Of a DNA stretch of 64,000 nt, positions 53,414 through 61,868 are shown piece after piece. The first letter of the stretch is position 1, and each line of letters opens with the position of its first letter. Under the pieces are notes generated by a model that saw only the letters and a list, made by a program, of their open reading frames with translations, had not been told where the DNA came from and made no database searches. The position numbers and the translations under genes are program-made. Source of the DNA: Pirellulales bacterium (GTDB lineage: Bacteria > Planctomycetota > Planctomycetia > Pirellulales > JAICIG01); contig DATKRK010000278.1 in NCBI GenBank assembly GCA_035532215.1, positions 2,563 to 66,562 of the forward strand, given 5' to 3'.

Positions 53414-55537
53414 ATGAGTTCAGCACACGACGCCAGGCTCCAACTTCCCAGCATGCACACCATCGCACCCGCCTGGCAGTTTTCGCACCCCTTGCCCTAC
53501 GGCGCCATGCTGCGGCCGGGCGGCGCGCAATTCGTCGTGTTCAGCCGCTCCGCCACGGCCATGCGGGTGCTGCTGTACGACCGTGCGACCGACCGCGAGC
53601 CCTCGCACGTCGTGCCGTTTCATCCCGAACTCGATCGCTGGGGCGACGTCTGGAGCACCTTCGTTCCCGGCATCGGGGCCGGACAGTTGTACCACTTTCA
53701 GGCCTGCGGGCCATTCGAGCCGTCGCGAGGCCAGCGGTTCGACGGCAAGGCGCGGCTGATCGACCCTTACGCCCGAGCGCTGGCCGGCGAATTCCTGCCC
53801 AACGACGATGGCATCGTGCGGCCGCCGAAGTGCGTCGTCGTCGACGACACGTTCGATTGGGAGGGCGACCGGCCGCTGAACCGGCATCTCTGCGAGACCG
53901 TGATCTACGAGATGCACGTCCGCGGCTTCACCATGGGCCGTTCGAGCCGCGTTCAGGCCCCGGGAACGTACCTGGGCGTGATCGAAAAGATTCCCTACCT
54001 GCAATCGCTCGGCGTGACCGCCGTCGAGCTCATGCCGGTCCACGAGTTTCCCGCGAACCACTGGTCGGGCCGACCCGAAACGCGGGCCAACTATTGGGGC
54101 TACGACCCGCTGGCCTTCTTCGCCCCGCACCGCGGCTACGCCGCCGGCGGCGAGCCCGGCGCGCAGGTTGCCGAGTTCAAGCAAATGGTGCGGGCGCTGC
54201 ACCAGGCCGGCATCGAGGTGATTCTCGACGTGGTCTTCAACCACACGGCCGAAGGCAACGAGCACGGACCGACGTTGAGCTTCAAAGGGCTGGCCAACCG
54301 CGTGTATTACATGCTGGCCAACGGCGGCAGCGAGTATAAGAACTACAGCGGCTGCGGAAACACGGTCAACGGCAACCACCCGGTCGTGCGCGAGATGATC
54401 TTCCACTGCCTCCGGCATTGGGTGCACAACTATCACGTCGACGGGTTTCGCTTCGATCTGGCCTCGATCCTCAGCCGCGATCGCAGCGGCGAACTGGTGC
54501 CCAATCCGCCGCTGGTCGAGTCGATCGGCGAAGATCCGCTGTTGGCCCGGGCCAAAATCATCGCCGAGGCCTGGGACGCCGCAGGCGCCTACCAGGTAGG
54601 CTCGTTTTCCAACCATCGCTGGGCCGAATGGAACGGCCGCTACCGCGACGACGTGCGCCGCTTTTGGCGCGGCGATCACGGCATGACCGGGCCGCTGGCC
54701 ACGCGGCTGGCCGGTTCCAGCGATCTGTACGGGCCGAGCGGCCGGCGCCCGTATCACAGCATCAACTTCATCACCTCGCACGACGGCTTCACGCTCAACG
54801 ACCTGGCGAGCTACAACGAGAAGCACAACGCCGCCAACGGCGAGGAGAATCGCGACGGCGACAATAACAATTACAGCTACAACAACGGCGTCGAGGGTTC
54901 CACGCGTCGCCAAGCGGTGCAGCGGATGCGTGCGCGGCAAATCCGCAACTCGCTGGCCACGCTCTTCTTGAGCCAGGGCGTGCCGATGTTGTTGATGGGC
55001 GATGAGTGCCGCCGCACGCAGCAAGGCAACAATAACGCCTATTGCCAGGACAACGTGATCTCCTGGTTCGATTGGAATCTGGCGACCAAGAACGCCGATT
55101 TGTGGCGGTTCTGCCAGGGGCTGATCGCGTTCCGCAAACGGCAGCCGACGGTGCGCCGAGCCGACTTTTTGCGCGGCGAACCTTCGGGGCCGGGCCACTT
55201 GCCCGACGTCAGTTGGTTCAATGCCGACGGCGGCCCGGTCGATTGGCCGCACGCCGATTCGAGCCTGGTTTGCGTGTTTGGCGCCTGGCCCGCAACCGGC
55301 GCCGAAAGCGTGGTGGCGCGGCACGTGATGCTGTTGATCCACGGCGGCTGGGCGCCGCGGCACTTCTCGCTGCCGAAGCTGGTCGAAGGGATCAAGTGGC
55401 GGCTGTTCGTCAACACGGCGGCCGAAAGCCCGGCCGACATTTACCCCGGCCTCGACGGCCCGGCGCCGCTCGACGGCCGGCTGACGCTGGTCGAGCGCTC
55501 GCTGGTATGCTACGTGGCCGAGGAGCCGGCGGTTTAG
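53414..55537 (+). CDS. glgX: Glycogen debranching enzyme (isoamylase type)
   Basis: PYGAMLRPGGAQFVVFS, YEMHVRGFT, LGVTAVELMPV, NYWGYDP, VILDVVFNHT, DGFRFDLASIL, IAEAWDAAG, INFITSHDGFTLNDL. ATG 53453 is an alternative start. Confidence 0.9.
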   Translation: MSSAHDARLQLPSMHTIAPAWQFSHPLPYGAMLRPGGAQFVVFSRSATAMRVLLYDRATDREPSHVVPFHPELDRWGDVWSTFVPGIGAGQLYHFQACGPFEPSRGQRFDGKARLIDPYARALAGEFLPNDDGIVRPPKCVVVDDTFDWEGDRPLNRHLCETVIYEMHVRGFTMGRSSRVQAPGTYLGVIEKIPYLQSLGVTAVELMPVHEFPANHWSGRPETRANYWGYDPLAFFAPHRGYAAGGEPGAQVAEFKQMVRALHQAGIEVILDVVFNHTAEGNEHGPTLSFKGLANRVYYMLANGGSEYKNYSGCGNTVNGNHPVVREMIFHCLRHWVHNYHVDGFRFDLASILSRDRSGELVPNPPLVESIGEDPLLARAKIIAEAWDAAGAYQVGSFSNHRWAEWNGRYRDDVRRFWRGDHGMTGPLATRLAGSSDLYGPSGRRPYHSINFITSHDGFTLNDLASYNEKHNAANGEENRDGDNNNYSYNNGVEGSTRRQAVQRMRARQIRNSLATLFLSQGVPMLLMGDECRRTQQGNNNAYCQDNVISWFDWNLATKNADLWRFCQGLIAFRKRQPTVRRADFLRGEPSGPGHLPDVSWFNADGGPVDWPHADSSLVCVFGAWPATGAESVVARHVMLLIHGGWAPRHFSLPKLVEGIKWRLFVNTAAESPADIYPGLDGPAPLDGRLTLVERSLVCYVAEEPAV

Positions 55538-55565
55538 GGCGTAAGTAGACATTCGCGGCAAAAGC

Positions 55566-55657
55566 CTGTAGGGCACGCCCTCCGTGGCGTGCCGTGAAGC
55601 GCGGGAATCGCGCCGATTCGCGCTATCGCGGAACGCCGCGGAGGGCGCTGCCTACAG
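55566..55657. repeat. Inverted repeat CTGTAGGGCACGCCCTCCG / CGGAGGGCGCTGCCTACAG with an inner hairpin
   Basis: 19-nt arms (2 mismatches) at 55566..55584 and 55639..55657. Inner hairpin GGCACGCC-CTCCGT-GGCGTGCC at 55572..55593. Confidence 0.55.
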
Positions 55658-55775
55658 TATCAACCGCGCGAACCCGTTCTTACGCCCGGCGGTTTAGCGC
55701 TCGCCGGGCAAGACTCGCGAAGCGGTGCCGCGGAAAGCTATACTTCGGTAGTCTGCGACGCCGCGAGCAACCTGT

Positions 55776-56684
55776 ATGGCCCGACGAAATTCCGCATTCG
55801 ACCGCTTCGATGCCAAGCTGCGCGATCTGGCCAAACAATCGCCGCAGAAGCCTCACTGGATCGAAGCGATCGAATCCCTTTCGCCGGCCGCCAGCAACGA
55901 TCGCCGTTTGGCCGCCTATCAAGCCGTCCGCAACGACGGCTGCCTGCCTGACGACGCCGGGTTGTTTCTCATCGCCTACATGATCGACGAAATCACTTCC
56001 CGCACCGCCGATGCCAAGCTGCGCAAGGTCGAACGACGAATGGAGAACATCGAGCGCAAGTACGGCCTGCGAGAAGGCGAAAGCTGGGCCGAAGGCGAGG
56101 CGCCGGCGGAATACGAGGCCGCCCGAAAGCGCCAGCAGAAAATCTGGGACGAAGCCTTTCACGAGAATCTTGTCGCCCACGGCGAGCGCGAGATCGCCGA
56201 ACTGTTCTCGCGCGATTTTCCGAGCTACACGGCGAAATTCAACGCGGGACGGATGTACTTCTCGGGCATGACCTTCTCCGCCCCTGGCGAGTTGGAGGTC
56301 TGGGTCGACGAATTGATGCAGGCCGTCTCGGGCTGCATCAGCGTCGATGAGCCGATCGGCCCGCTGGCCTGCCGCTATTTGGCCGAGGACGGCACGATCG
56401 ACGTGCTGGTCTACCCGACGCCAGTCGAAATCGTCGGCGGCGCCGACGACGGCCAGATCGTCGACGCGGATTTCGATCTCGATCTGATTCGACTCCGCGA
56501 GTTGTTCAGCTCAGTCGCCGACATCGGCTGGAGCGCGTTGGGCTTGAACGACGAGGGCGGGCCGCACATTTGGGTCGAAGGCGTATTCCGCGGCCAGCCC
56601 GTTTTTCTGCAGGTGCTCTCGCAAGCTCCCGACGATGAAGAGCCGGGCATGAAGCTCGATACGATCCGCAAGCGGCGGCGGTAA
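55776..56684 (+). CDS. Hypothetical protein (302 aa)
   Basis: Long ORF with balanced composition. Helical charged N-terminal half and acidic beta-rich C-terminal half. No family recognised. Confidence 0.55.
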   Translation: MARRNSAFDRFDAKLRDLAKQSPQKPHWIEAIESLSPAASNDRRLAAYQAVRNDGCLPDDAGLFLIAYMIDEITSRTADAKLRKVERRMENIERKYGLREGESWAEGEAPAEYEAARKRQQKIWDEAFHENLVAHGEREIAELFSRDFPSYTAKFNAGRMYFSGMTFSAPGELEVWVDELMQAVSGCISVDEPIGPLACRYLAEDGTIDVLVYPTPVEIVGGADDGQIVDADFDLDLIRLRELFSSVADIGWSALGLNDEGGPHIWVEGVFRGQPVFLQVLSQAPDDEEPGMKLDTIRKRRR

Positions 56685-56714
56685 ACGACTCCGTACGACC
56701 AACCGATTACCCTC

Positions 56715-57131
56715 CTACCATTCAACCAGCACGAGGCGCTCGCCTCCTCCCCGTTCGCACATCCATAACGAAGGATTGGAGTGCTCGCCGATCTGGTTCA
56801 CAGGGTCGTCAAAGAGGCTCGTTAGGTGCTCGTCGTCGCACCAAGGACAAGTCCAAAGAATTTTTACAGCGGCGTAAGGAACGGCTGGCGATTCATGCAG
56901 CTCGCCATTCACTTCTTCGAAAGACACCATCTTCCCCGAGCATTCGACTCTTCGCCCACAAGCGATGGCAACCAGTTCTTTATGCCTTTCGACCGTCCAA
57001 GCACCTGGGTCTTCCTCGTACTCGTCGTCGTGCTTGATTTCGCGCCATGCATCTGCCTCGGACAACGTCACGTAATAGAGACGCCCGTGGCGGAGTGCTC
57101 GAAAGTATTCAACCTCGCGATTTTCCGACAT
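56715..57131 (-). CDS. Hypothetical small Cys-containing protein (138 aa)
   Basis: Starts at ATG 57131 (MSENREVEYF...). Contains CPWCDDEH and WMCERG. Lies 11 nt downstream of the NHL gene on the same strand. Confidence 0.5.
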   Translation of the reverse strand: MSENREVEYFRALRHGRLYYVTLSEADAWREIKHDDEYEEDPGAWTVERHKELVAIACGRRVECSGKMVSFEEVNGELHESPAVPYAAVKILWTCPWCDDEHLTSLFDDPVNQIGEHSNPSLWMCERGGGERLVLVEW

Positions 57132-57142
57132 GGCAGTGCGCC

Positions 57143-58279
57143 TCATTTCGCGCGACTGCTGATCCGCCGCACGCGATGGTTGAGCGTATCGCCGATGTAG
57201 ACGGCGCCGTCCGGCCCGACGCAAATGCCGTGCGGCCGATCGAAGCGGGCATGGGCGGCCGGCCCGCCGTCGCCCGAGTAGCCGGCCGCTTTCGGGCCCA
57301 ACCCGGCCAGCGTAAGCACTTCGCCGGTGCGAGGGTCGAAAGTGCGGATGGCGTTGTTCTCGGTGTCGACCACGTAGACGACGCCCGCGGAATCCAGCGA
57401 GATGCCTTTGGGGCCGTCGAACGTCGCCTCGGCGGCGGGAGCGTCATGGTAGCCTTTGCGCCCCGTGCCGGCGGCGCGACGCCAAACGCCCTCGCCGGAC
57501 TTGCCGCCCGGTTCGAGCCGCCAGACGCTATTGCCCTCGCGCAAGGCTACCCAGACGACGCCGTTTCGAACGGCCAGCGCTCGCGGGCCAAGAATTGGCC
57601 GCCCGCGGGCCGGCTCGCCCTCCTGCGGCAGCTTCTTTTCGCCGTTGCCGGCGATCGATTCGATCCGCCCGGTCTTCAGGTCGACGCGGCGAATGCGATG
57701 GTTGCCGATATCGGCGATCAGCAGCCGCCCCTGGGCGTCGAAAGCGATGCTGTGCGGCGTGCGCAGTGCGGCCTTGGTCGCCGGCCCGCCGTCGCCCGAA
57801 TAGCCCGGCTGGCCCGTGCCCGCGACGGTCGAAATCACTTGGGTCTTGGCGTCGACGCGGCGGACGAGATGATTCTGCATCTCGACGAAAAACATATTAC
57901 CCTCGGCGTCGAAGCGCACCTCGTAAGGCTCGTTGAGCAAGGCGTCTTTCGCCGCTTGGCCGTCGCCAGCGTATCCCTTGCGTCCGGCGCCGGCGACCAT
58001 CGTCAATCGGCCAGTCGCCAGATCCAAGCGGCGCACGCGATGCAGCCCGACTTCGCAGATATACAGCGCGCCGTCGGGTCCGAACTCGACGCCGAACGGC
58101 TGATCGATGTTCGTTTCCAGAGCCTTTCCCTCGCGGCCGTTGTCGCCCCGCTTTCCCGTGCCGGCCACCGTTTCGATTTCTTGAGCCGAAACGTCTCGAG
58201 CTGCCGCCGAGGCGCCGACGGCGAACAAAGCGGCCAGCACAGTGGGGAGAAATCGTTTGATCTTGTTAGGTAGCGTCAT
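57143..58279 (-). CDS. NHL-repeat six-bladed beta-propeller protein, secreted
   Basis: Signal FLPTVLAALFAVGASAAA. Repeated YSGDGGPA...L..P.G...D..G.LYI.D..NHR(I/V)RR(V/I) units occur six times. Confidence 0.8.
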   Translation of the reverse strand: MTLPNKIKRFLPTVLAALFAVGASAAARDVSAQEIETVAGTGKRGDNGREGKALETNIDQPFGVEFGPDGALYICEVGLHRVRRLDLATGRLTMVAGAGRKGYAGDGQAAKDALLNEPYEVRFDAEGNMFFVEMQNHLVRRVDAKTQVISTVAGTGQPGYSGDGGPATKAALRTPHSIAFDAQGRLLIADIGNHRIRRVDLKTGRIESIAGNGEKKLPQEGEPARGRPILGPRALAVRNGVVWVALREGNSVWRLEPGGKSGEGVWRRAAGTGRKGYHDAPAAEATFDGPKGISLDSAGVVYVVDTENNAIRTFDPRTGEVLTLAGLGPKAAGYSGDGGPAAHARFDRPHGICVGPDGAVYIGDTLNHRVRRISSRAK

Positions 58280-58340
58280 GGACGGCTCTCAACCTGCTCT
58301 GAAATTGGGTTTCCCATATCCCCTTTAAAAAACGTTTCCA

Positions 58341-58769
58341 TCACCCGGCGCCCGACTCCCCGCGGATCGGCGTCGGCGTGCGCTGGCCGTCGATAGCATT
58401 CACGGCGACGTAGGTCACCTCGGCTTCGGTCAGGCTGACGACCTGGCCGTCGCGGTCGGCCTCGACGGCCACGTGCATCGTGATCGACGTGCGGCCGACG
58501 CGGATTAGTTCGGTCCAGAAGCTCACCACGTCGCCCACGAACACCGGCTGGTGAAACTCGACCCGGTTCATGGCCACGGTGACCATCAGTTGCTCGGGCC
58601 AGCCGGCGCGGCGGATTTCGTGCACGGCGCCGATCACCCCCGCCTGATCGATATAGCTCAACAGCACGCCGCCGAAGATCGTGCCGTGCGGGTTGGTGTC
58701 GCGCGGCATCATCACGACTTTCGTAGCCAGATAGCGTTCAGTCGGCTCATCGGGCATGACTTGGTCCAA
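58341..58769 (-). CDS. Acyl-CoA thioesterase (hotdog fold, YciA-like)
   Basis: [27 protein letters not shown] and [20 protein letters not shown]. Confidence 0.85.
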   Translation of the reverse strand: MDQVMPDEPTERYLATKVVMMPRDTNPHGTIFGGVLLSYIDQAGVIGAVHEIRRAGWPEQLMVTVAMNRVEFHQPVFVGDVVSFWTELIRVGRTSITMHVAVEADRDGQVVSLTEAEVTYVAVNAIDGQRTPTPIRGESGAG

Positions 58770-58861
58770 GCGAGGCAGCTAGCGGCGGTTTTTCCAGGCC
58801 ATCGGCTGACAGGTCGCCCGGCATCTTCGCCTTTTTCCCGCCCGGCAGCAAGCAGGAGGGA

Positions 58862-59077
58862 GGTCCGGGCGCCCCCGCCCGAGTCATGGAGGAACGGGCG
58901 CCCTCGCCCGTTGAGACGAGCCGATTGCGACGGAATTCAGCCACGGATGAAACACAGATCGAACACGGATAAGAAATCGAGAACCGTGCATCTGAACTCC
59001 ACTTTCTTCCGACACTCAAGGCGGGCGAGGGCGCCCGGCCCGCCGTACTTGTGCCGGGCGAGGGCGCCCGGCCCTCC
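58862..59077. repeat. Copies of the GGGCGAGGGCGCCCGGCC family upstream of the DUF1080 gene, plus a CACGGATGAAACAC unit
   Basis: Reverse-oriented copies at 58865..58881 and 58896..58909. Direct copies at 59021..59040 and 59053..59077. A CACGGATGAAACACAGATCGAACACGGAT unit sits near 58935..58965. Confidence 0.6.
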
Positions 59078-59178
59078 CTATTGACCAAGCCAAGCCGCTG
59101 GCGACGGCGACGCCGAGCAAATACAATAGGCCGCGTAACCAGCCCGCCTAACTTCACCGCGTACCAGGAGAAACTCCG

Positions 59179-59856
59179 ATGAAACTCGCCGTCCGAAATT
59201 CCCAACGTTGGCTGGCCGCGCTGGCCTTGGCGTTCGCTTCGCTGTCCGCGGCCCGTGCGGCCGACGACGAAGCCGGCTTCACGCCGCTGTTCGACGGCAA
59301 GACGTTGGGCGGTTGGCAGATCGTCCGCAAGCACGGCGAGGGCTACGTGGTCAAGGACGGCGTGCTGGTCTGCCCGGCCGACGGCGGCGGCAATCTGTTC
59401 ACGAACAAGGAGTACAGCAATTTCGTCTTGCGGTTCGAGTACAAGCTGGCGCCCGGCGGCAACAACGGCGTCGGTCTGCGGGCGCCGTTAGAGGGCGACG
59501 CGGCCTTTGTCGGCATGGAGTCGCAAATTCTCGACGACGACGCCCCGCAATACGCCAAGCTGGAACCGGGCCAGTATCACGGCTCGATCTACAAGGTGCT
59601 GCCGGCGAAACGCGGCGCCCCGAAGAAGGCCGGCCAGTGGAACAAGGAAGAGATCGTTTGCGACGGCCGGCACATCAAGGTCACGGTCAACGGCATGGTC
59701 ACGGTCGACGGCAACTTGGACGACGTGAAGGACGAAAAGACGCTCAAGGAACATCCCGGCATCCAACGCACCACCGGCCACGTCGGCTTTTTGGGCCACG
59801 GCGCCCATGTCGAATTCCGCAACATCCGCATCAAGACGCTGCCGGATAATAAATAG
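59179..59856 (+). CDS. DUF1080 (3-keto-disaccharide hydrolase-like) secreted protein
   Basis: AGGAG lies before the ATG. Signal peptide, then FTPLFDGKTLGGWQ, GVLVC, GGNLFTNKEYSNFVLRFEYKL, NNGVGLRAP, QILDD, HGSIY, TGHVGFLGHGAHVEFRNIRIK. Confidence 0.85.
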   Translation: MKLAVRNSQRWLAALALAFASLSAARAADDEAGFTPLFDGKTLGGWQIVRKHGEGYVVKDGVLVCPADGGGNLFTNKEYSNFVLRFEYKLAPGGNNGVGLRAPLEGDAAFVGMESQILDDDAPQYAKLEPGQYHGSIYKVLPAKRGAPKKAGQWNKEEIVCDGRHIKVTVNGMVTVDGNLDDVKDEKTLKEHPGIQRTTGHVGFLGHGAHVEFRNIRIKTLPDNK

Positions 59857-59900
59857 CGAGATTTGATCGCCGCCCTTCGCCGCGGTGCAAGTGAAGTGGA

Positions 59901-60025
59901 GGGCCGGGCGCCCTCGCCCGGCACTAACTAATCACGTTCACCGGGCGAAGGCGTCCGGTCCTCCAGGAAATGTTCACCGGGCGAGGGCGCCCGGTCCTCC
60001 AGGGAATGGCCCTCCAGGGAATGCC
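59901..60025. repeat. GGGCGAGGGCGCCCGG family: one reverse copy, then a 36-nt tandem direct repeat (2 units plus a partial)
   Basis: Reverse copy at 59901..59922. Units at 59936..59971 and 59972..60007 differ at 3 of 36 positions. A partial CCTCCAGGGAAT follows to 60025. Confidence 0.65.
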
Positions 60026-60029
60026 AGGC

Positions 60030-60770
60030 ATGGCCGACGCAGCCGAGCCGCCGTTGACGCGAGCCGATTGGCTGGCCATCGCGGCGGCGCTGGCGTTTCC
60101 GACGCTGGCGACGTGGGCCTACTTCATCGCGCTGGCCGGGTCGCCCGCGATGAACGCGGCGTATGCGTTGACGAAGCTGCTTCAGTTTTCCTTCCCGCTC
60201 GTCTGGGTTGTGCTCTGGCAACGCCGCCGCGTGCGGTTGACCGCGCCGGCGCCGGCGGGCGTCGGCATCGGGCTGGCCTTGGGGCTGGCCGTGCTGGCGG
60301 GCATGTTGGGCTTGTACTACGGCTTTTTGAAGGCCAGCCCCGCAATGGCCCGCACTCCCGCCCAGGCCGCGGAGAAGCTGACCGAGTTCGGCATCGACGC
60401 GCCGCTGAAGTTTTTCGCCTTCGCGGCGTTTCTGACGGTGCTCCACTCGCTGATGGAAGAATACTACTGGCGCTGGTTCGTGTTTGGCCAGTTGAGCCGC
60501 GGCGCGTCGTTCGGCTTGGCAGCGACCGTTTCGAGCCTGGGCTTCATGGCGCACCACGTGCTCGTGATCGGCGAGTATTTTCCGGCCCGCGGCGTCTACG
60601 TCGCGTTTTTCTCGCTCTGCGTGGCGGTCGGCGGCTTCCTCTGGGCCTGGCTCTATCGCCGCACGGGCTCGCTCTACGGGCCATGGGCCAGCCATCTCGT
60701 CGTCGACGCCGGACTGATGTGGCTGGGCTACGATCTTTGGCAAACGGCCGCCCGATCGGTCGCAAGCTAA
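60030..60770 (+). CDS. CPBP family intramembrane glutamic endopeptidase (CAAX protease-like)
   Basis: EExxxR motif LMEEYYWRWFVFG, FMAHHV and SHLVVD His motifs, multi-TM. Start moved to ATG 60030, downstream of the tandem repeat. Confidence 0.8.
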   Translation: MADAAEPPLTRADWLAIAAALAFPTLATWAYFIALAGSPAMNAAYALTKLLQFSFPLVWVVLWQRRRVRLTAPAPAGVGIGLALGLAVLAGMLGLYYGFLKASPAMARTPAQAAEKLTEFGIDAPLKFFAFAAFLTVLHSLMEEYYWRWFVFGQLSRGASFGLAATVSSLGFMAHHVLVIGEYFPARGVYVAFFSLCVAVGGFLWAWLYRRTGSLYGPWASHLVVDAGLMWLGYDLWQTAARSVAS

Positions 60771-60810
60771 CGGCAGTCAGCCGTAAATGGGGCGCCTCTT
60801 CGAATTTGCC

Positions 60811-60890
60811 GGGTGGCTGATGGGCAGAGCGAAGCGATACGAGAGCGAACTGGCGCTTCGCCTAGGCTCAGCCACCAGCCACCCGATTTT
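60811..60890 (+). terminator. Nested hairpin followed by TTTT between convergent genes
   Basis: GGGTGGCTGA (60811..) pairs with TCAGCCAC..ACCC (60868..60884). Inner pairing GCGAAGCG / CGCTTCGC. TTTT at 60887..60890. Confidence 0.4.
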
Positions 60891-60924
60891 CAATTCGGAC
60901 CTGAAGAGACGCAAGGCGCGCGCC

Positions 60925-61854
60925 CTACGAAGCCTGCGTAAGTAACCCGTTCAGATTGCGATAGGCCTCGATCACGGCCGTTTCGCCGGGGCCGCCGCGC
61001 TGCGAATTGCCGTGCTCCATGCCGACGGCGCCGCGGTAGCCTTTGGCCAACAGGTGTGCGAACACCCGGGCGTAGTTGATCTCGCCGGTTCCCGGTTCGT
61101 TCCGGCCCGGATTGTCGGCGCATTGGAAATAGCCGATTTCGTTCCAGCAATGGTCGATGTTCGGAATCAGGTTTCCTTCGGTGACTTGCTGGTGGTAGAT
61201 GTCGAACAGAATCTTGCACGACGGCCGATCGACGGCCCGGCAGAGCAGGTAGGCCTGCGGCGATTCGTACAGAAACACGCCGGGATGGTTCGTCCGCCGG
61301 TTGAGCGGTTCGAGCACCATCACCAGCCCGTGCGGCTCGACGATGTCGCACGAGCGCCGCAGCAGTTCGATGCAGTTGGCCGTTTGGTACCCGGCCGGCA
61401 GCTTCGGGTCTTCGAGCCCCGGCACGACGGTCATCCGCGTCGCCCGCACGCGGCGAGCGACCTCGACGGACTTGCCGAGCGCTTTCAGGATTGCATCCCG
61501 CGCTTGCTGATCGGCGCCGGCGAAATTCACGCCGTTCCATACGCCGCGCAGCGCCGAGATCACGCTCAGTTCCATGCCGAGCCGCTCCATCGCTTCGGCG
61601 ATCTTCTGTTGCATCTCGACCGGGCGGCTGATCATGCCGTTGTCTTCCCAGGCGGTGAAGCCCTGATCGGCGGCGAACTTAAGCTGGTCGATCAGGTCTT
61701 TGCCGGCCAGATGCCGGAACATGCCGAAGTGCGGGGCGAACTTGAGCGCGAAGGGCTCGGCCTTCGAGCCCGATTCGCCCGCCCGCGACGCAGCGGCGGA
61801 AACTCCGCACGCCGCCGCGGCGCTCGCCGCGGCGAGAAATTGACGACGTTGCAT
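60925..61854 (-). CDS. Xylose isomerase-like TIM-barrel protein (hydroxypyruvate isomerase / sugar phosphate isomerase-epimerase family) with Tat signal
   Basis: AAGGAG lies 9 nt before ATG 61854. MQRRQFLAAASAAAA is a twin-arginine motif. Also VLEPLN, FDIYHQQV, GMEHG. ATG 61872 (ATGA overlap with the upstream stop) is an alternative start. Confidence 0.8.
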   Translation of the reverse strand: MQRRQFLAAASAAAACGVSAAASRAGESGSKAEPFALKFAPHFGMFRHLAGKDLIDQLKFAADQGFTAWEDNGMISRPVEMQQKIAEAMERLGMELSVISALRGVWNGVNFAGADQQARDAILKALGKSVEVARRVRATRMTVVPGLEDPKLPAGYQTANCIELLRRSCDIVEPHGLVMVLEPLNRRTNHPGVFLYESPQAYLLCRAVDRPSCKILFDIYHQQVTEGNLIPNIDHCWNEIGYFQCADNPGRNEPGTGEINYARVFAHLLAKGYRGAVGMEHGNSQRGGPGETAVIEAYRNLNGLLTQAS

Positions 61855-61868
61855 GGCAAGTTGCTCCT

